DNA of 62,918 nt, the filler included, from Chiloscyllium plagiosum (taxonomy: Eukaryota), in the NCBI RefSeq assembly GCF_004010195.1. It is 4 parts of one record of this genome, joined end to end, with 100 filler letters (N's around TTAATTAATTAA, not from the genome) between each part and the next. Parts side by side here need not be neighbours in the genome. Positions count along the whole stretch, not along the records: positions 58,814 to 62,918 come from NC_057711.1; 3 more parts are not named here. One strand, given 5' to 3'. The position numbers and the translations under genes are program-made. The notes under the pieces were generated by a model. That model ran no database searches, was not told the DNA's origin, and saw only the letters and a list, made by a program, of their open reading frames with translations. Shown in pieces: positions 61,721-62,918 of the stretch (position 1 is its first letter; each line of letters starts with the position of its first letter).

Positions 61721-62585
61721 GGAAACTTGGATAAGTTAATTCCCGAGATCAAAGCTGCAATTTCATCTCCCAGGAGTAAAGGGCAGGACAGGTGGAGCTG
61801 CTGCTTAAGAGAAATAAGTACAACACTGGGTTGCAAAGTCCAATTTGGAGAAGTCGGGAGTGCATTGAAGGGTCAACTTCTAATCACTGGATTAGTGGAG
61901 GAGTAAAGGCCTTTCCAGGAACTAGCAACAGACTACTGTTCAATCTGTGAGTCATATGAGAAAGGAAAAGAACAATCCATTAGGCCATGGGATAATAATG
62001 CATGAAACAAGAAGTGATGGATTTAATTCAAGAACTGCTAATGGGTTAGAATTTGATTCACAGAGGCAGTCAATTTCAGGGTGGGAAGGTGTGTGAGATA
62101 ATATTTTAAGGGCTAAAGGGATCAAAGGGTACAAGGAGAAAGTGGGAAAATGATACTGAGTTGGGTGATCAGCCATAAACATATTGACTGGCTTAGCAGG
62201 CTCAAAGGACTGAATGCTCTATCCATGTTCCGATTTTCTATGTTTCTATAACAAATTTGCTCCAGGAAAAAAATGGAGGGGCACAGGATGAAATGTTAAT
62301 CTAGCCGTGAGCATATGAACATGTGGGAAGAGGTGAAGCTTGATGCAGTAGGCTAGTAGCATAACCGAGCTAGATTCTGCAGCAAGTTAATGGAACAGGC
62401 TCAACAGAAGAAATTGAAGAGTAAAATCCAGCCAGGTTTCAGAAGAAAAGCTTGGTTTTGCAGGTCTGTAAGACATTGTAGCTAGCCCTCCCTTTGTTCA
62501 GTCCCTTCCTGCTAACATCTGCGATTGTCCTGATGCTTTGCATCAGTTTCAGAATTTCCAGTTTGCAGGCTCGAACTGCCTTCTC

Positions 62586-62918
62586 TTTTTTTTATAGATA
62601 TATTTATTAGAAATTTAACATTTTTACAAGTTTACAAAAATAAACAAAACTCTCAAGTACAAACATTGATATACAATTAAATCTTAAATATATAATAACC
62701 AAAATTTAACAAAAGAAAAATACCGAGAAAGAAAAAAAAACAAAACTCAACTAACTACTAATCTAACCTACAACTAACCAGAGTGTATATTTAAGTCAAA
62801 TAAGAGAGAGAGAGAAAAAAAAACAACGGATAACATAGAAATTGAGTAGTGAGATACATGCTCGGAATGTGTTAACATCAAATGTAACAAAACCCGTATT
62901 CGTGCGGGATTCCTCTCC
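62586..62918 (-). mobile_element. Probable L1/Tx1 3' end with polyA tail
   Basis: Minus strand ends ...AATAAATATATCTATAAAAAAAA, preceded by a T-rich 3' UTR. Confidence 0.55.

Noticed and set aside
61606..61906. ORFs with RE/SL repeats
   Set aside because: Translation of the (GA)n microsatellite.

Overview
Eukaryotic, repeat-rich genomic DNA, most likely from a cartilaginous fish (inferred from HE1-type tRNA SINEs with (TAGAT)n tails and HER1/CR1 LINEs). Three 100-bp N-spacers with a central TTAATTAATTAA split the window into four segments (1-28352, 28453-46409, 46510-58713, 58814-62918) that need not be adjacent in the genome. The only well-supported host gene is in segment 2: eleven short, phase-0, GT-AG exons on the minus strand (45428 down to 29940) encoding calpastatin-like (CAST) inhibitory repeats. 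These form a tandem duplication of a five-exon module (linker, A, B, linker, C), with a further nested duplication of one linker exon and a possible tandem alternative donor. The ORF track largely misses this gene. Nearly all other ORFs come from decayed transposons: CR1, L2, Tx1/L1, Penelope-like (PLE), Gypsy, Harbinger and a Tc1/pogo-type MITE. Notably, three sequence-distinct PLE-derived mini-elements are fold-back palindromes flanked by 13-14 bp target-site duplications, each carrying minimal hammerhead-ribozyme motifs, and more hammerhead copies are scattered across the window. Exon coordinates were counted by hand; repeat boundaries are approximate.
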